Assembly: GCA_964016885.1 (NCBI GenBank) | Contig: OZ024741.1 | Location: 85,994,001 to 86,058,000, forward strand | Direction of reading: 5' to 3' | DNA: 64,000 nt | Source of the DNA: Eledone cirrhosa | Taxonomy: Eukaryota | In this document: piece after piece, positions 16,001 through 31,000 of the stretch | How positions within the stretch are numbered: the stretch's first letter is position 1 | How the letters are laid out: every line of letters starts with the position of its first letter | Notes under the pieces: generated by a model | What the model was told of the DNA's origin: nothing | Databases searched by the model: none | What the model saw: only the letters and a program-made list of their open reading frames with translations | Made by a program: the position numbers and the translations under genes

Positions 16001-19000
16001 GTACTGTATATCTGATTTAGTACTGTGTATATCTGATTTAGTACTGTATATCTGATTTAGTACTGTGTATATCTGATTTAGTACTGTATATCTGATTTAG
16101 TACTGTATATCTGATTTAGTACTGTATATCTGATTTAGTACTGTGTATATCTGATTTAGTACTGTATATCTGATTTAGTACTGTGTATATCTGATTTAGT
16201 ACAGTATATCTGATTTAGTACTGTGTATATCTGATTTAGTACTGTATATCTGATTTAGTACTGTATATCTGATTTAGTACTGTGTATATCTGATTTAGTA
16301 CTGTATATCTGATTTAGTACTGTATATCTGATTTAATACTGTATATCTGATTCAGTACTGTGTATATCTGATTCAGTACTGTGTATATGATTTAGTACTG
16401 TGTATATCTGATTCAGTACTGTGTATATCTGATTCAGTACTGTGTATATCTGATTCAGTACTGTGTATATCTGATTCAGTACTGTGTATATCTGATTCAG
16501 TACTGTGTATATCTGATTCATTACTGTGTATATCTGATTCATTACTGTGTATATCTGATTCAGTACTGTGTATATCTGATTTAGTACTGTGTATATCTGA
16601 TTTAGTACTGTGTATATCTGATTTAGTACCGTGTAGATCTGATTTAGTACTGTGTATATCTGATTTAGTACTGTGTATATCTGATTTAGTACTGTGTATA
16701 TCTGATTCAGTACATGTGTATATCTGATTTAGTACTGTGTATATCTGATTTAGTACTGTGTATATCTGATTCAGTACTGTGTATATCTGATTCAGTACTG
16801 TGTATATCTGATTCAGTACTGTGTATATCTGATTTAGTACTGTGTATATCTGATTTAGTACTGTGTATATCTGATTCAGTACTGTGTATATCTGATTCAG
16901 TACTGTGTATATCTGATTTAGTACTGTGTATATCTGATTCAGTACTGTGTATATCTGATTCAGTACTGTGTATATCTGATTCAGTATTGTGTATATCTGA
17001 TTTAGTACTGTGTATATCTGATTCAGTACTGTGTATATCTGATTCAGTACTGTGTATATCTGATTTAGTACTGTGTATATCTGATTCAGCACTGTGTATA
17101 TCTGATTCAGTACTGTATATCTGATTTAGTACTGTATATCTGATTTAGTACTGTGTATACCTGATTCAGTACTGTATATCTGATTTAGTACTGTGTATAT
17201 CTGATTCAGTACTGTGTATCTCTGATTTAGTACTGTGTATATCTGATTTAGTACTGTGTATATCTGATTTAGTACTGTATATCTGATTCAGTACTGTGTA
17301 TATCTGATTCAGTACTGTGTATATCTGATTCAGTACTATATATCTGATTTAGTATTGTATATCTGATTTAGTACTGTATATCTGATTCAGTACTGTGTAT
17401 ATCTGATTCAGTACTGTGTATATCTGATTCAGTACTGTGTATATCTGATTCAGTACTGTGTATATCTGATTCAGTACTATATATCTGATTTAGTACTGTA
17501 TATCTGATTTAGTACTGTATATCTGATTCAGTACTGTGTATATCTGATTCAGTACTGTATATATCTGATTTAGTACTGTATATCTGATTTAGTACTGTAT
17601 ATCTGATTCAGTACTGTATATCTGATTCAGTACTGTGTATATCTGATTCAGTACTATATATCTGATTTAGTACTGTATATCTGATTTAGTACTGTGTATA
17701 TCTGATTCAGTACTGTGTATATCTGATTTAGTACTGTATATCTGATTCAGTACTGTGTATATCTGATTCAGTACTGTATATCTGATTTAGTACTGTGTAT
17801 ATCTGATTTAGTACTGTATATATGATTTAGTACTGTGTATATCTGATTGAGTACTGTGTATATCTGATTCAGTACTGTATATCTGATTTAGTACTGTGAA
17901 TATCTGATTCAGTACTGTGTATATCTAATTCAGTACTGTGTATATCTGATTCAGCACTGTGTATATCTGATTCAGTACTGTATATCTGATTCAGTACTGT
18001 GTATATCTGATTCAGTACTGTGTATATCTGATTCAGTACTGTATATCTGATTCAGTACTGTGTATATCTGATTCAGTACTGTGTATATCTGATTCAGTAC
18101 TGTGTATATCTGATTCAGTACTGTATATGTGATTCAGTACTGTGTATATCTGATTCAGTACTGTGTATATCTGATTCAGTACTGTGTATATCTGATTCAG
18201 TACTGTGTATATCTGATTCAGCACTGTATATCTGATTCAGTACTGTGTATATCTGATTCAGTACTGTATATCTGATTCAGTACTGTATATCTGATTCAGT
18301 ACTGTGTATATCTGATTCAGTACTGTGTATATCTGATTCAGTACTGTATATCTGATTTAGTACTGTGGATATCTGATTCAGTACTGTGTATATCTGATTC
18401 AGTACTGTGTATATCTGATTCAGTACTGTGTATATCTGATTCAGTACTGTATATCTGATTCAGTACTGTATATCTGATTCAGTACTGTGTATATCTGATT
18501 CAGTACTGTGTATATCTGATTCAGTACTGTGTATATCTGATTTAGTACTGTGTAGATCTGATTTAGTACTGTTTATATCTGATTCGGTATTGTGTATATC
18601 TGATTCAGTACTGTGTATATCTGATTTAGTACTGTGTATATCTGATTCAGTACTGTGTATATCTGATTCAGTACTGTGTATATCTGATTCAGTACTATGT
18701 ATATCTGATTTAGTACTGTGTATATCTGATTTAGTACTGTGTATATCTGATTCAGTACTGTGTATATCTGATTCAGTACTGTGTATATCTGATTTAGTAC
18801 TGTGTATATTTGATTCAGTACTGTGTATATCTGATTCAGTACTGTGTATATCTGATTCAGTACTGTATATCTGATTCAGTACTGTTTATATCTGATTTAG
18901 TACTGTATATATCTGATTCAGTACTGTGTATATCTGATTTAGTACTGTATATCTGATTCAGTACTGTGTATATCTGATTCAGTACTGTATATCTGATTCT

Positions 19001-22000
19001 GTACTGTATATCTGATTCAGTACTGTGTATATCTGATTCAGTACTGTATATCTGATTCAGTACTGTGTATATCTGATTCAGTACTGTATATCTGATTCAG
19101 TACTGTATATCTGATTCAGTACTGTGTATATCTGATTCAGTACTGTGTATATCTGATTCAGTACTGTGTATATCTGATTAAGTACTGTATATCTGATTCA
19201 GTACTGTGTATATCTGATTCAGTACTGTGCATATCTGATTCAGTACTGTATATCTGATTCAGTACTGTGTATATCTGATTCAGTACTGTGTATATCTGAT
19301 TCAGTACTGTGTATATCTGATTTAGTACTGTGTATATCTGATTCAGTACTGTGTATATCTGATTTAGTACTGTGTATATCTGATTCAGCACTGTGTATAT
19401 CTGATTTAGTACTGTGTATATCTGATTCAGTACTGTGTATATCTGATTTAGTACTGTGTATATCTGATTCAGTACTGTGTATATCTGATTTAGTACTGTT
19501 TATATCTGATTCAGTACTGTGTATATCTGATTCAGTACTGTATATCTGATTTAGTACTGTGTATATCTGATTTAGTACTGTATATCTGATTTAGTACTGT
19601 ATATCTGATTCAGTACTGTGTATATCTGATTCAGTACTGTGTATATCTGATTTAGTACTGTGTATATCTGATTCAGTACTGTGTATATCTGATTTAGTAC
19701 TGTGTATATCTGATTCAGCACTGTGTATATCTGATTTAGTACTGTGTATATCTGATTCAGTACTGTGTATATCTGATTTAGTACTGTGTATATCTGATTC
19801 AGTACTGTGTATATCTGATTTAGTACTGTTTATATCTAATTCAGTACTGTGTATATCTGATTCAGTACTGTATATCTGATTTAGTACTATGTATATCTGA
19901 TTCAGTACTGTGTATATCTGATTCAGTACTGTATATCTGATTTAGTACTGTGTATATCTGATTCAGTACTGTGTATATCTGATTCAGTACCGTGTATATC
20001 TGATTCAGTACTGTGTATATCTGATTTAGTACTGTGTATATCTGATTCAGTACTGTGTATATCTGATTCAGTACTGTGTATATCTGATTTAGTACTGTGT
20101 ATATCTGATTCAGTACTGTGTATATCTAATTTAGTACTGTGTATATCTGATTTAGTACTGTCTATATCTGATTCAGTACTGTGTATATCTGATTCAGTAC
20201 TGTGTATATCTGATTCAGTACTGTGTATATCTGATTCAGTACTGTGTATATCTGATTTAGTACTGTGTATATCTGATTCAGTACTGTGTATATCTGATTC
20301 AGTACTGTGTATATCTGATTCAGCACTGTGTATATCTGATTTAGTACTGTGTATATCTGATTTAGTACTGTGTATATCTGATTTAGTACTGTATATCTAA
20401 TTTAGTACTGTATATCTGATTTAGTACTATATATCTGATTTAGTACTGTATATCTGATTTAGTACTGTATATCTGATTTAGTACTGTATATCTGATTTAG
20501 TACTGTATATCTGATTTAATACTGTATATCTGATTCAGTACTGTATATCTGATTTAGTACTGTATATCTGATTTAGTACTGTATATCTGATTTAGTACTG
20601 TATATCTGATTTAGTACTGTATATCTGATTTAGTACTGTGTATATCTGATTTAGTACTGTATATCTGATTTAGTACTGTATATCTGATTTAGTACTGTAT
20701 ATCTGATTTAATACTGTATATCTGATTCAGTACTGTGTATATCTGATTCAGTACTGTGTATATCTGATTCAGTACTGTGTATATCTGGTTTAGTACTATG
20801 TATATCTGATTCAGTACTGTATATCTGATTTAGTACTGTGTATATCTGATTCAGTACTGTGTATATCTGATTTAGTACTGTGTATATCTGGTTTAGTACT
20901 GTATATCTGATTTAGTACTGTGTATATCTGATTCAGTACTGTGTATATCTGATTCAGTACTGTGTATATCTTATTTAGTACTGTGTAAATCTGATTTAGT
21001 ACTGTTTATATCTGATTCAGTACTGTTTATATCTGATTCAGTACTGTGTATATCTGATTTAGTACTGTGTATATCTGATTCAGTACTGTGTATATCTGAT
21101 TCAGTACTGTGTATATCTGATTCAGTACTGTGTATATCTGATTCAGTACTGTGTATATCTGATTTAGTACTGTGTATATCTGATTTAGTACTGTGTAGAT
21201 CTGATTCAGTACTGTGTATATCTGATTTAGTACTGTGTATATCTGATTTAGTGCTGTATATCTGATTTAGTACTGTATATCTGATTTAGTACTGTGTATA
21301 TTTGATTTAGTACTGTATATCTGATTTAGTACTGTATATCTGATTTAGTACTGTGTATATCTGATTCAGTACTGTGTATATCTGATTTACTACTGTGTAT
21401 ATCTGATTCAGTACTGTGTATATCTGATTTAGTACTGTGTATATCTGATTCAGTACTGTGTATATCTGATTTAGTACTGTATATCTGATTTAGTACTGTA
21501 TATCTGATTTAGTACTGTATATCTGATTTAGTACTGTGTATATTTGATTTAGTACTGTATATCTGATTTAGTACTGTATATCTGATTTAGTACTGTGTAT
21601 ATCTGATTCAGTACTGTGTATATCTGATTTAGTACTGTATATCTGATTTAGTACTGTGTATATCTGATTTAGTACTGTGTATATCTGATTTAGTACTGTG
21701 TATATCTGATTCAGTACTGTGTATATCTGATTCAGTACTGTATATCTAATTCAGTACTGTGTATATCTGATTCAGTACTGTGTATATCTGATTTAGTACT
21801 GTGTATATCTGATTCAGTACTGTGTATATCTGATTCAGTACTGTGTATATCTGATTCAGTACTGTGTATATCTGATTCAGTACTGTGTATATCTGATTCA
21901 GTACTGTGTATATCTGATTCAGTACTGTGTATATCTTATTTAGTACTGTGTAAATCTGATTTAGTACTGTTTATATCTGATTCAGTACTGTTTATATCTG

Positions 22001-25000
22001 ATTCAGTACTGTGTATATCTGATTTAGTACTGTGTATATCTGATTCAGTACTGTGTATATCTGATTCAGTAGTGTATATCTGATTCAGTACTGTGTATAT
22101 CTGATTCAGTACTGTGTATATCTGATTTAGTACTGTGTATATCTGATTTAGTACTGTGTAGATCTGATTTAGTACTGTGTATATCTGATTTACTACTGTG
22201 TATATCTGATTCAGTACTGTGTATATCTGATTTAGTACTGTTTATATCTGATTCAGTACTGTGTATATCTGATTCAGTACTGTATATCTGATTCAGTACT
22301 GTGTATATCTGATTCAGTACTGTGTATATCTGATTCAGTACTGTGTATATCTGATTCAGTACTGTGTATATCTGATTCAGTACTGTGTATATCTGATTTA
22401 GTACTGTGTAGATCTGATTTAGTACTGTGTATATCTGATTTAGTACTGTGTATATCTGATTCAGTACTGTGTACATCTGATTTAGTACTGTGTATATCTG
22501 ATTTAGTACTGTATATCTGATTTAGTACTGTGTATATCTGATTCAGTACTGTGTATATCTGATTTAGTACTGTGTATATCTGATTCAGTACTGTGTATAT
22601 CTGATTTAGTACTGTATATCTGATTTAGTACTGTATATCTGATTTAGTACTGTGTATATCTGATTCAGTACTGTGTATATCTGATTTAGTACTGTATATC
22701 TGATTTAGTACTGTGTATATCTGATTTAGTACTGTGTATATCTGATTTAGTACTGTATATCTTATTCAGTACTATGTATATCTGATTCAGTACTGTGTAT
22801 ATCTGATTCAGTACTGTATATCTGATTTAGTACTGTATATCTGATTTAGTACTGTATATCTGATTTAGTACTGTGTATATCTGATTTAGTACTGTATATC
22901 TGATTCAGTACTGTGTATATCTGATTCAGTACTGTATATCTGATTCAGTACTGTGTATATCTGATTCAGTACTGTGTATATCTGATTTAGTACTGTGTAT
23001 ATCTGATTTAGTACTGTGTATATCTGATTTAGTACTGTGTATATCTGATTTAGTACTGTATATCTGATTTAGTACTGTATATCTGATTTAGTACTGTATA
23101 TCTGATTTAGTACTGTGTATATCTGATTTAGTACTGTATATCTGATTTAGTACTGTGTATATCTGATTTAGTACTGTATATCTGATTTAGTACTGTGTAT
23201 ATCTGATTTAGTACTGTATATCTGATTTAGTACTGTGTATATCTGATTTAGTACTGTATATCTGATTTAGTACTGTATATCTGATTTAGTACTGTGTATA
23301 TCTGATTTAGTACTGTATATCTGATTTAGTACTGTATATCTGATTTAGTACTGTGTATATCTGATTTAGTACTGTGTATATCTGATTTAGTACTGTATAT
23401 CTGATTTAGTACAGTATATCTGATTTAGTACTGTATATCTGATTTAATACTGTATATCTGATTCAGTACTGTGTATATCTGATTCAGTACTGTGTATATG
23501 ATTTAGTACTGTGTATATCTGATTCAGTACTGTGTATATCTGATTCAGTACTGTGTATATCTGATTCAGTACTGTGTATATCTGATTTAGTACTGTGTAT
23601 ATCTGATTCAGTACTGTGTATATCTGATTCAGTACTGTGTATATCTGATTCAGTACTGTGTATATCTGATTTAGTACTGTGTATATCTGATTCAGTACTG
23701 TGTATATCTGATTCAGTACTGTGTATATCTGATTTAGTACTGTGTATATCTGATTCAGTACTGTGTATATCTGATTCAGTACTGTGTATATCTGATTCAG
23801 TACTGTGTATATCTGATTTAGTACTGTGTATATTTGATTCAGTACTGTGTATATCTGATTCAGTACTGTGTATATCTGATTTAGTACTGTGTATATCTGA
23901 TTCAGCACTGTGTATATCTGATTCAGTACTGTATATCTGATTTAGTACTGTATATCTGATTTAGTACTGTGTATACCTGATTCAGTACTGTATATCTGAT
24001 TTAGTACTGTGTATATCTGATTCAGTACTGTGTATCTCTGATTTAGTACTGTGTATATCTGATTCAGTACTGTGTATATCTGATTTAGTACTGTATATCT
24101 GATTCAGTACTGTGTATATCTGATTCAGTACTGTGTATATCTGATTCAGTACTATATATCTGATTTAGTATTGTATATCTGATTTAGTACTGTATATCTG
24201 ATTCAGTACTGTGTATATCTGATTCAGTACTGTGTATATCTGATTCAGAACTGTGTATATCTGATTCAGTACTATATATCTGATTTAGTACTGTATATCT
24301 GATTTAGTACTGTATATCTGATTCAGTACTGTGTATATCTGATTCAGTACTGTATATATCTGATTTAGTACTGTATATCTGATTTAGTACTGTATATCTG
24401 ATTCAGTACTGTATATCTGATTCAGTACTGTGTATATCTGATTCAGTACTATATATCTGATTTAGAATTGTATATCTGATTTAGTACTGTGTATATCTGA
24501 TTCAGTACTGTGTATATCTGATTTAGTACTGTATATCTGATTCAGTACTGTGTATATCTGATTCAGTACTGTATATCTGATTTAGTACTGTGTATATCTG
24601 ATTTAGTACTGTATATATGATTTAGTACTGTGTATATCTGATTGAGTACTGTGTATATCTGATTCAGTACTGTATATCTGATTTAGTACTGTGTATATCT
24701 GATTCAGTACTGTGTATATCTAATTCAGAACTGTGTATATCTGATTCAGCACTGTGTATATCTGATTCAGTACTGTATATCTGATTCAGTACTGTGTATA
24801 TCTGATTCAGTACTGTGTATATCTGATTCAGTACTGTATATCTGATTCAGTACTGTATATCTGATTCAGTACTGTGTATATCTGATTCAGTACTGTGTAT
24901 ATCTGATTCAGTACTGTGTATATCTGATTCAGTACTGTATATGTGATTCAGTACTGTGTATATCTGATTCAGTACTGTGTATATCTGATTCAGTACTGTG

Positions 25001-28000
25001 TATATCTGATTCAGTACTGTGTATATCTGATTCAGCACTGTGTATATCTGATTCAGTACTGTATATCTGATTCAGTACTGTGTATATCTGATTCAGTACT
25101 GTATATCTGATTCAGTACTGTATATCTGATTCAGTACTGTGTATATCTGATTCAGTACTGTGTATATCTGATTCAGTACTGTATATCTGATTTAGTACTG
25201 TATATCTGATTTAGTACTATGTATACCTGATTCAGTACTGTATATCTGATTTAGTACTGTGTATATCTGATTCAGTACTGTGTATCTCTGATTTAGTACT
25301 GTGTATATCTGATTTAGTACTGTGTATATCTGATTTAGTACTGTATATCTGATTCAGTAATGTGTATATCTGATTCAGTACTGTGTATATCTGATTCAGT
25401 ACTATATATCTGATTTAGTATTGTATATCTGATTTAGTACTGTATATCTGATTCAGTACTGTGTATATCTGATTCAGTACTGTGTATATCTGATTCAGTA
25501 CTGTGTATATCTGATTCAGTACTGTGTATATCTGATTAAGTACTATATATCTGATTTAGTACTGTATATCTGATTTAGTACTGTGTATACCTGATTCAGT
25601 ACTGTGTATATCTGATTCAGTACTGTATATCTGATTTAGTACTGTGTATATCTGATTCAGTACTGTGTATATCTGATTCAGTACTGTGTATATCTGATTC
25701 AGTACTGTGTATATCTGATTCAGTACTGTATATCTGATTCAGTACTGTATATCTGATTCAGTACTGTGTATATCTGATTCAGTACTGTGTATATCTGATT
25801 CAGTACTGTGTATATCTGATTTAGTACTGTGTAGATCTGATTTAGTACTGTTTATATCTGATTCAGTACTGTGTATATCTGATTCAGTACTGTGTATATC
25901 TGATTTAGTACTGTGTATATCTGATTCAGTACTGTGTATATCTGATTCAGTACTGTGTATATCTGATTCAGTACTGTGTATATCTGATTCAGTACTGTGT
26001 ATATCTGATTTAGTACTGTGTATATGTGATTTAGTACTGTGTATATCTGATTCAGTACTGTGTATATCTGATTCAGTACTGTGTATATCTGATTCAGTAC
26101 TGTGTATATCTGATTTAGTACTGTGTATATTTGATTCAGTACTGTGTATATCTGATTCAGTACTGTGTATATCTGATTTAGTACTGTGTATATCTGATTC
26201 AGTACTGTGTATATCTGATTCAGTACTGTGTATATCTGATTTAGTACTGTGTATATCTGATTTAGTACTGTGTATATCTGATTTAGTACCGTGTAGATCT
26301 GATTTAGTACTGTGTATATCTGATTTAGTACTGTGTATATCTGATTTAGTACTGTGTATATCTGATTCAGTACATGTGTATATCTGATTTAGTACTGTGT
26401 ATATCTGATTCAGTACTGTGTATATCTGATTCAGTACTGTGTATATCTGATTCAGTACTGTGTATATCTGATTCAGTACTGTGTATATCTGATTCAGTAC
26501 TGTGTATATCTGATTCAGTACTGTATATCTGATTCAGTACTGTATATCTGATTCAGTACTGTGTATATCTGATTCAGTACTGTGTATATCTGATTCAGTA
26601 CTGTGTATATCTGATTTAGTACTGTGTAGATCTGATTTAGTACTGTTTATATCTGATTCAGTACTGTGTATATCTGATTCAGTACTGTGTATATCTGATT
26701 TAGTACTGTGTATATCTGATTCAGTACTGTGTATATCTGATTCAGTACTGTGTATATCTGATTCAGTACTGTGTATATCTGATTCAGTACTGTGTATATC
26801 TGATTTAGTACTGTGTATATGTGATTTAGTACTGTGTATATCTGATTCAGTACTGTGTATATCTGATTCAGTACTGTGTATATCTGATTCAGTACTGTGT
26901 ATATCTGATTTAGTACTGTGTATATTTGATTCAGTACTGTGTATATCTGATTCAGTACTGTGTATATCTGATTTAGTACTGTGTATATCTGATTCAGTAC
27001 TGTGTATATCTGATTCAGTACTGTGTATATCTGATTTAGTACTGTGTATATCTGATTTAGTACTGTGTATATCTGATTTAGTACCGTGTAGATCTGATTT
27101 AGTACTGTGTATATCTGATTTAGTACTGTGTATATCTGATTTAGTACTGTGTATATCTGATTCAGTACATGTGTATATCTGATTTAGTACTGTGTATATC
27201 TGATTCAGTACTGTGTATATCTGATTCAGTACTGTGTATATCTGATTCAGTACTGTGTATATCTGATTCAGTACTGTATATCTGATTTAGTACTGTATAT
27301 CTGATTTAGTACTGTGTATATCTGATTTAGTACTGTGTATATCTGATTTAGTACTGTGTATATCTGATTTAGTACTGTATATCTGATTTAGTACTGTATA
27401 TCTGATTAAGTACTGTGTATATCTGATTTAGTACTGTATATCTGATTTAGTACTGTGTATATCTGATTTAGTACTGTATATCTGATTTAGTACTGTGTAT
27501 ATCTGATTTAGTACTGTATATCTGATTTAGTACTGTATATCTGATTTAGTACTGTATATCTGATTTAGTACTGTGTATATCTGATTTAGTACTGTATATC
27601 TGATTTAGTACTGTGTATATCTGATTTAGTACAGTATATCTGATTTAGTACTGTGTATATCTGATTTAGTACTGTATATCTGATTTAGTACTGTATATCT
27701 GATTTAGTACTGTGTATATCTGATTTAGTACTGTATATCTGATTTAGTACTGTATATCTGATTTAATACTGTATATCTGATTCAGTACTGTGTATATCTG
27801 ATTCAGTACTGTGTATATGATTTAGTACTGTGTATATCTGATTCAGTACTGTGTATATCTGATTCAGTACTGTGTATATCTGATTCAGTACTGTGTATAT
27901 CTGATTCAGTACTGTGTATATCTGATTCAGTACTGTGTATATCTGATTCATTACTGTGTATATCTGATTCATTACTGTGTATATCTGATTCAGTACTGTG

Positions 28001-31000
28001 TATATCTGATTTAGTACTGTGTATATCTGATTTAGTACTGTGTATATCTGATTTAGTACCGTGTAGATCTGATTTAGTACTGTGTATATCTGATTTAGTA
28101 CTGTGTATATCTGATTTAGTACTGTGTATATCTGATTCAGTACATGTGTATATCTGATTTAGTACTGTGTATATCTGATTTAGTACTGTGTATATCTGAT
28201 TCAGTACTGTGTATATCTGATTCAGTACTGTGTATATCTGATTCAGTACTGTGTATATCTGATTTAGTACTGTGTATATCTGATTTAGTACTGTGTATAT
28301 CTGATTCAGTACTGTGTATATCTGATTCAGTACTGTGTATATCTGATTTAGTACTGTGTATATCTGATTCAGTACTGTGTATATCTGATTCAGTACTGTG
28401 TATATCTGATTCAGTATTGTGTATATCTGATTTAGTACTGTGTATATCTGATTCAGTACTGTGTATATCTGATTCAGTACTGTGTATATCTGATTTAGTA
28501 CTGTGTATATCTGATTCAGCACTGTGTATATCTGATTCAGTACTGTATATCTGATTTAGTACTGTATATCTGATTTAGTACTGTGTATACCTGATTCAGT
28601 ACTGTATATCTGATTTAGTACTGTGTATATCTGATTCAGTACTGTGTATCTCTGATTTAGTACTGTGTATATCTGATTTAGTACTGTGTATATCTGATTT
28701 AGTACTGTATATCTGATTCAGTACTGTGTATATCTGATTCAGTACTGTGTATATCTGATTCAGTACTATATATCTGATTTAGTATTGTATATCTGATTTA
28801 GTACTGTATATCTGATTCAGTACTGTGTATATCTGATTCAGTACTGTGTATATCTGATTCAGTACTGTGTATATCTGATTCAGTACTGTGTATATCTGAT
28901 TCAGTACTATATATCTGATTTAGTACTGTATATCTGATTTAGTACTGTATATCTGATTCAGTACTGTGTATATCTGATTCAGTACTGTATATATCTGATT
29001 TAGTACTGTATATCTGATTTAGTACTGTATATCTGATTCAGTACTGTATATCTGATTCAGTACTGTGTATATCTGATTCAGTACTATATATCTGATTTAG
29101 TACTGTATATCTGATTTAGTACTGTGTATATCTGATTCAGTACTGTGTATATCTGATTTAGTACTGTATATCTGATTCAGTACTGTGTATATCTGATTCA
29201 GTACTGTATATCTGATTTAGTACTGTGTATATCTGATTTAGTACTGTATATATGATTTAGTACTGTGTATATCTGATTGAGTACTGTGTATATCTGATTC
29301 AGTACTGTATATCTGATTTAGTACTGTGAATATCTGATTCAGTACTGTGTATATCTAATTCAGTACTGTGTATATCTGATTCAGCACTGTGTATATCTGA
29401 TTCAGTACTGTATATCTGATTCAGTACTGTGTATATCTGATTCAGTACTGTGTATATCTGATTCAGTACTGTATATCTGATTCAGTACTGTGTATATCTG
29501 ATTCAGTACTGTGTATATCTGATTCAGTACTGTGTATATCTGATTCAGTACTGTATATGTGATTCAGTACTGTGTATATCTGATTCAGTACTGTGTATAT
29601 CTGATTCAGTACTGTGTATATCTGATTCAGTACTGTGTATATCTGATTCAGCACTGTATATCTGATTCAGTACTGTGTATATCTGATTCAGTACTGTATA
29701 TCTGATTCAGTACTGTATATCTGATTCAGTACTGTGTATATCTGATTCAGTACTGTGTATATCTGATTCAGTACTGTATATCTGATTTAGTACTGTGGAT
29801 ATCTGATTCAGTACTGTGTATATCTGATTCAGTACTGTGTATATCTGATTCAGTACTGTGTATATCTGATTCAGTACTGTATATCTGATTCAGTACTGTA
29901 TATCTGATTCAGTACTGTGTATATCTGATTCAGTACTGTGTATATCTGATTCAGTACTGTGTATATCTGATTTAGTACTGTGTAGATCTGATTTAGTACT
30001 GTTTATATCTGATTCGGTATTGTGTATATCTGATTCAGTACTGTGTATATCTGATTTAGTACTGTGTATATCTGATTCAGTACTGTGTATATCTGATTCA
30101 GTACTGTGTATATCTGATTCAGTACTATGTATATCTGATTTAGTACTGTGTATATCTGATTTAGTACTGTGTATATCTGATTCAGTACTGTGTATATCTG
30201 ATTCAGTACTGTGTATATCTGATTTAGTACTGTGTATATTTGATTCAGTACTGTGTATATCTGATTCAGTACTGTGTATATCTGATTCAGTACTGTATAT
30301 CTGATTCAGTACTGTTTATATCTGATTTAGTACTGTATATATCTGATTCAGTACTGTGTATATCTGATTTAGTACTGTATATCTGATTCAGTACTGTGTA
30401 TATCTGATTCAGTACTGTATATCTGATTCTGTACTGTATATCTGATTCAGTACTGTGTATATCTGATTCAGTACTGTATATCTGATTCAGTACTGTGTAT
30501 ATCTGATTCAGTACTGTATATCTGATTCAGTACTGTATATCTGATTCAGTACTGTGTATATCTGATTCAGTACTGTGTATATCTGATTCAGTACTGTGTA
30601 TATCTGATTAAGTACTGTATATCTGATTCAGTACTGTGTATATCTGATTCAGTACTGTGCATATCTGATTCAGTACTGTATATCTGATTCAGTACTGTGT
30701 ATATCTGATTCAGTACTGTGTATATCTGATTCAGTACTGTGTATATCTGATTTAGTACTGTGTATATCTGATTCAGTACTGTGTATATCTGATTTAGTAC
30801 TGTGTATATCTGATTCAGCACTGTGTATATCTGATTTAGTACTGTGTATATCTGATTCAGTACTGTGTATATCTGATTTAGTACTGTGTATATCTGATTC
30901 AGTACTGTGTATATCTGATTTAGTACTGTTTATATCTGATTCAGTACTGTGTATATCTGATTCAGTACTGTATATCTGATTTAGTACTGTGTATATCTGA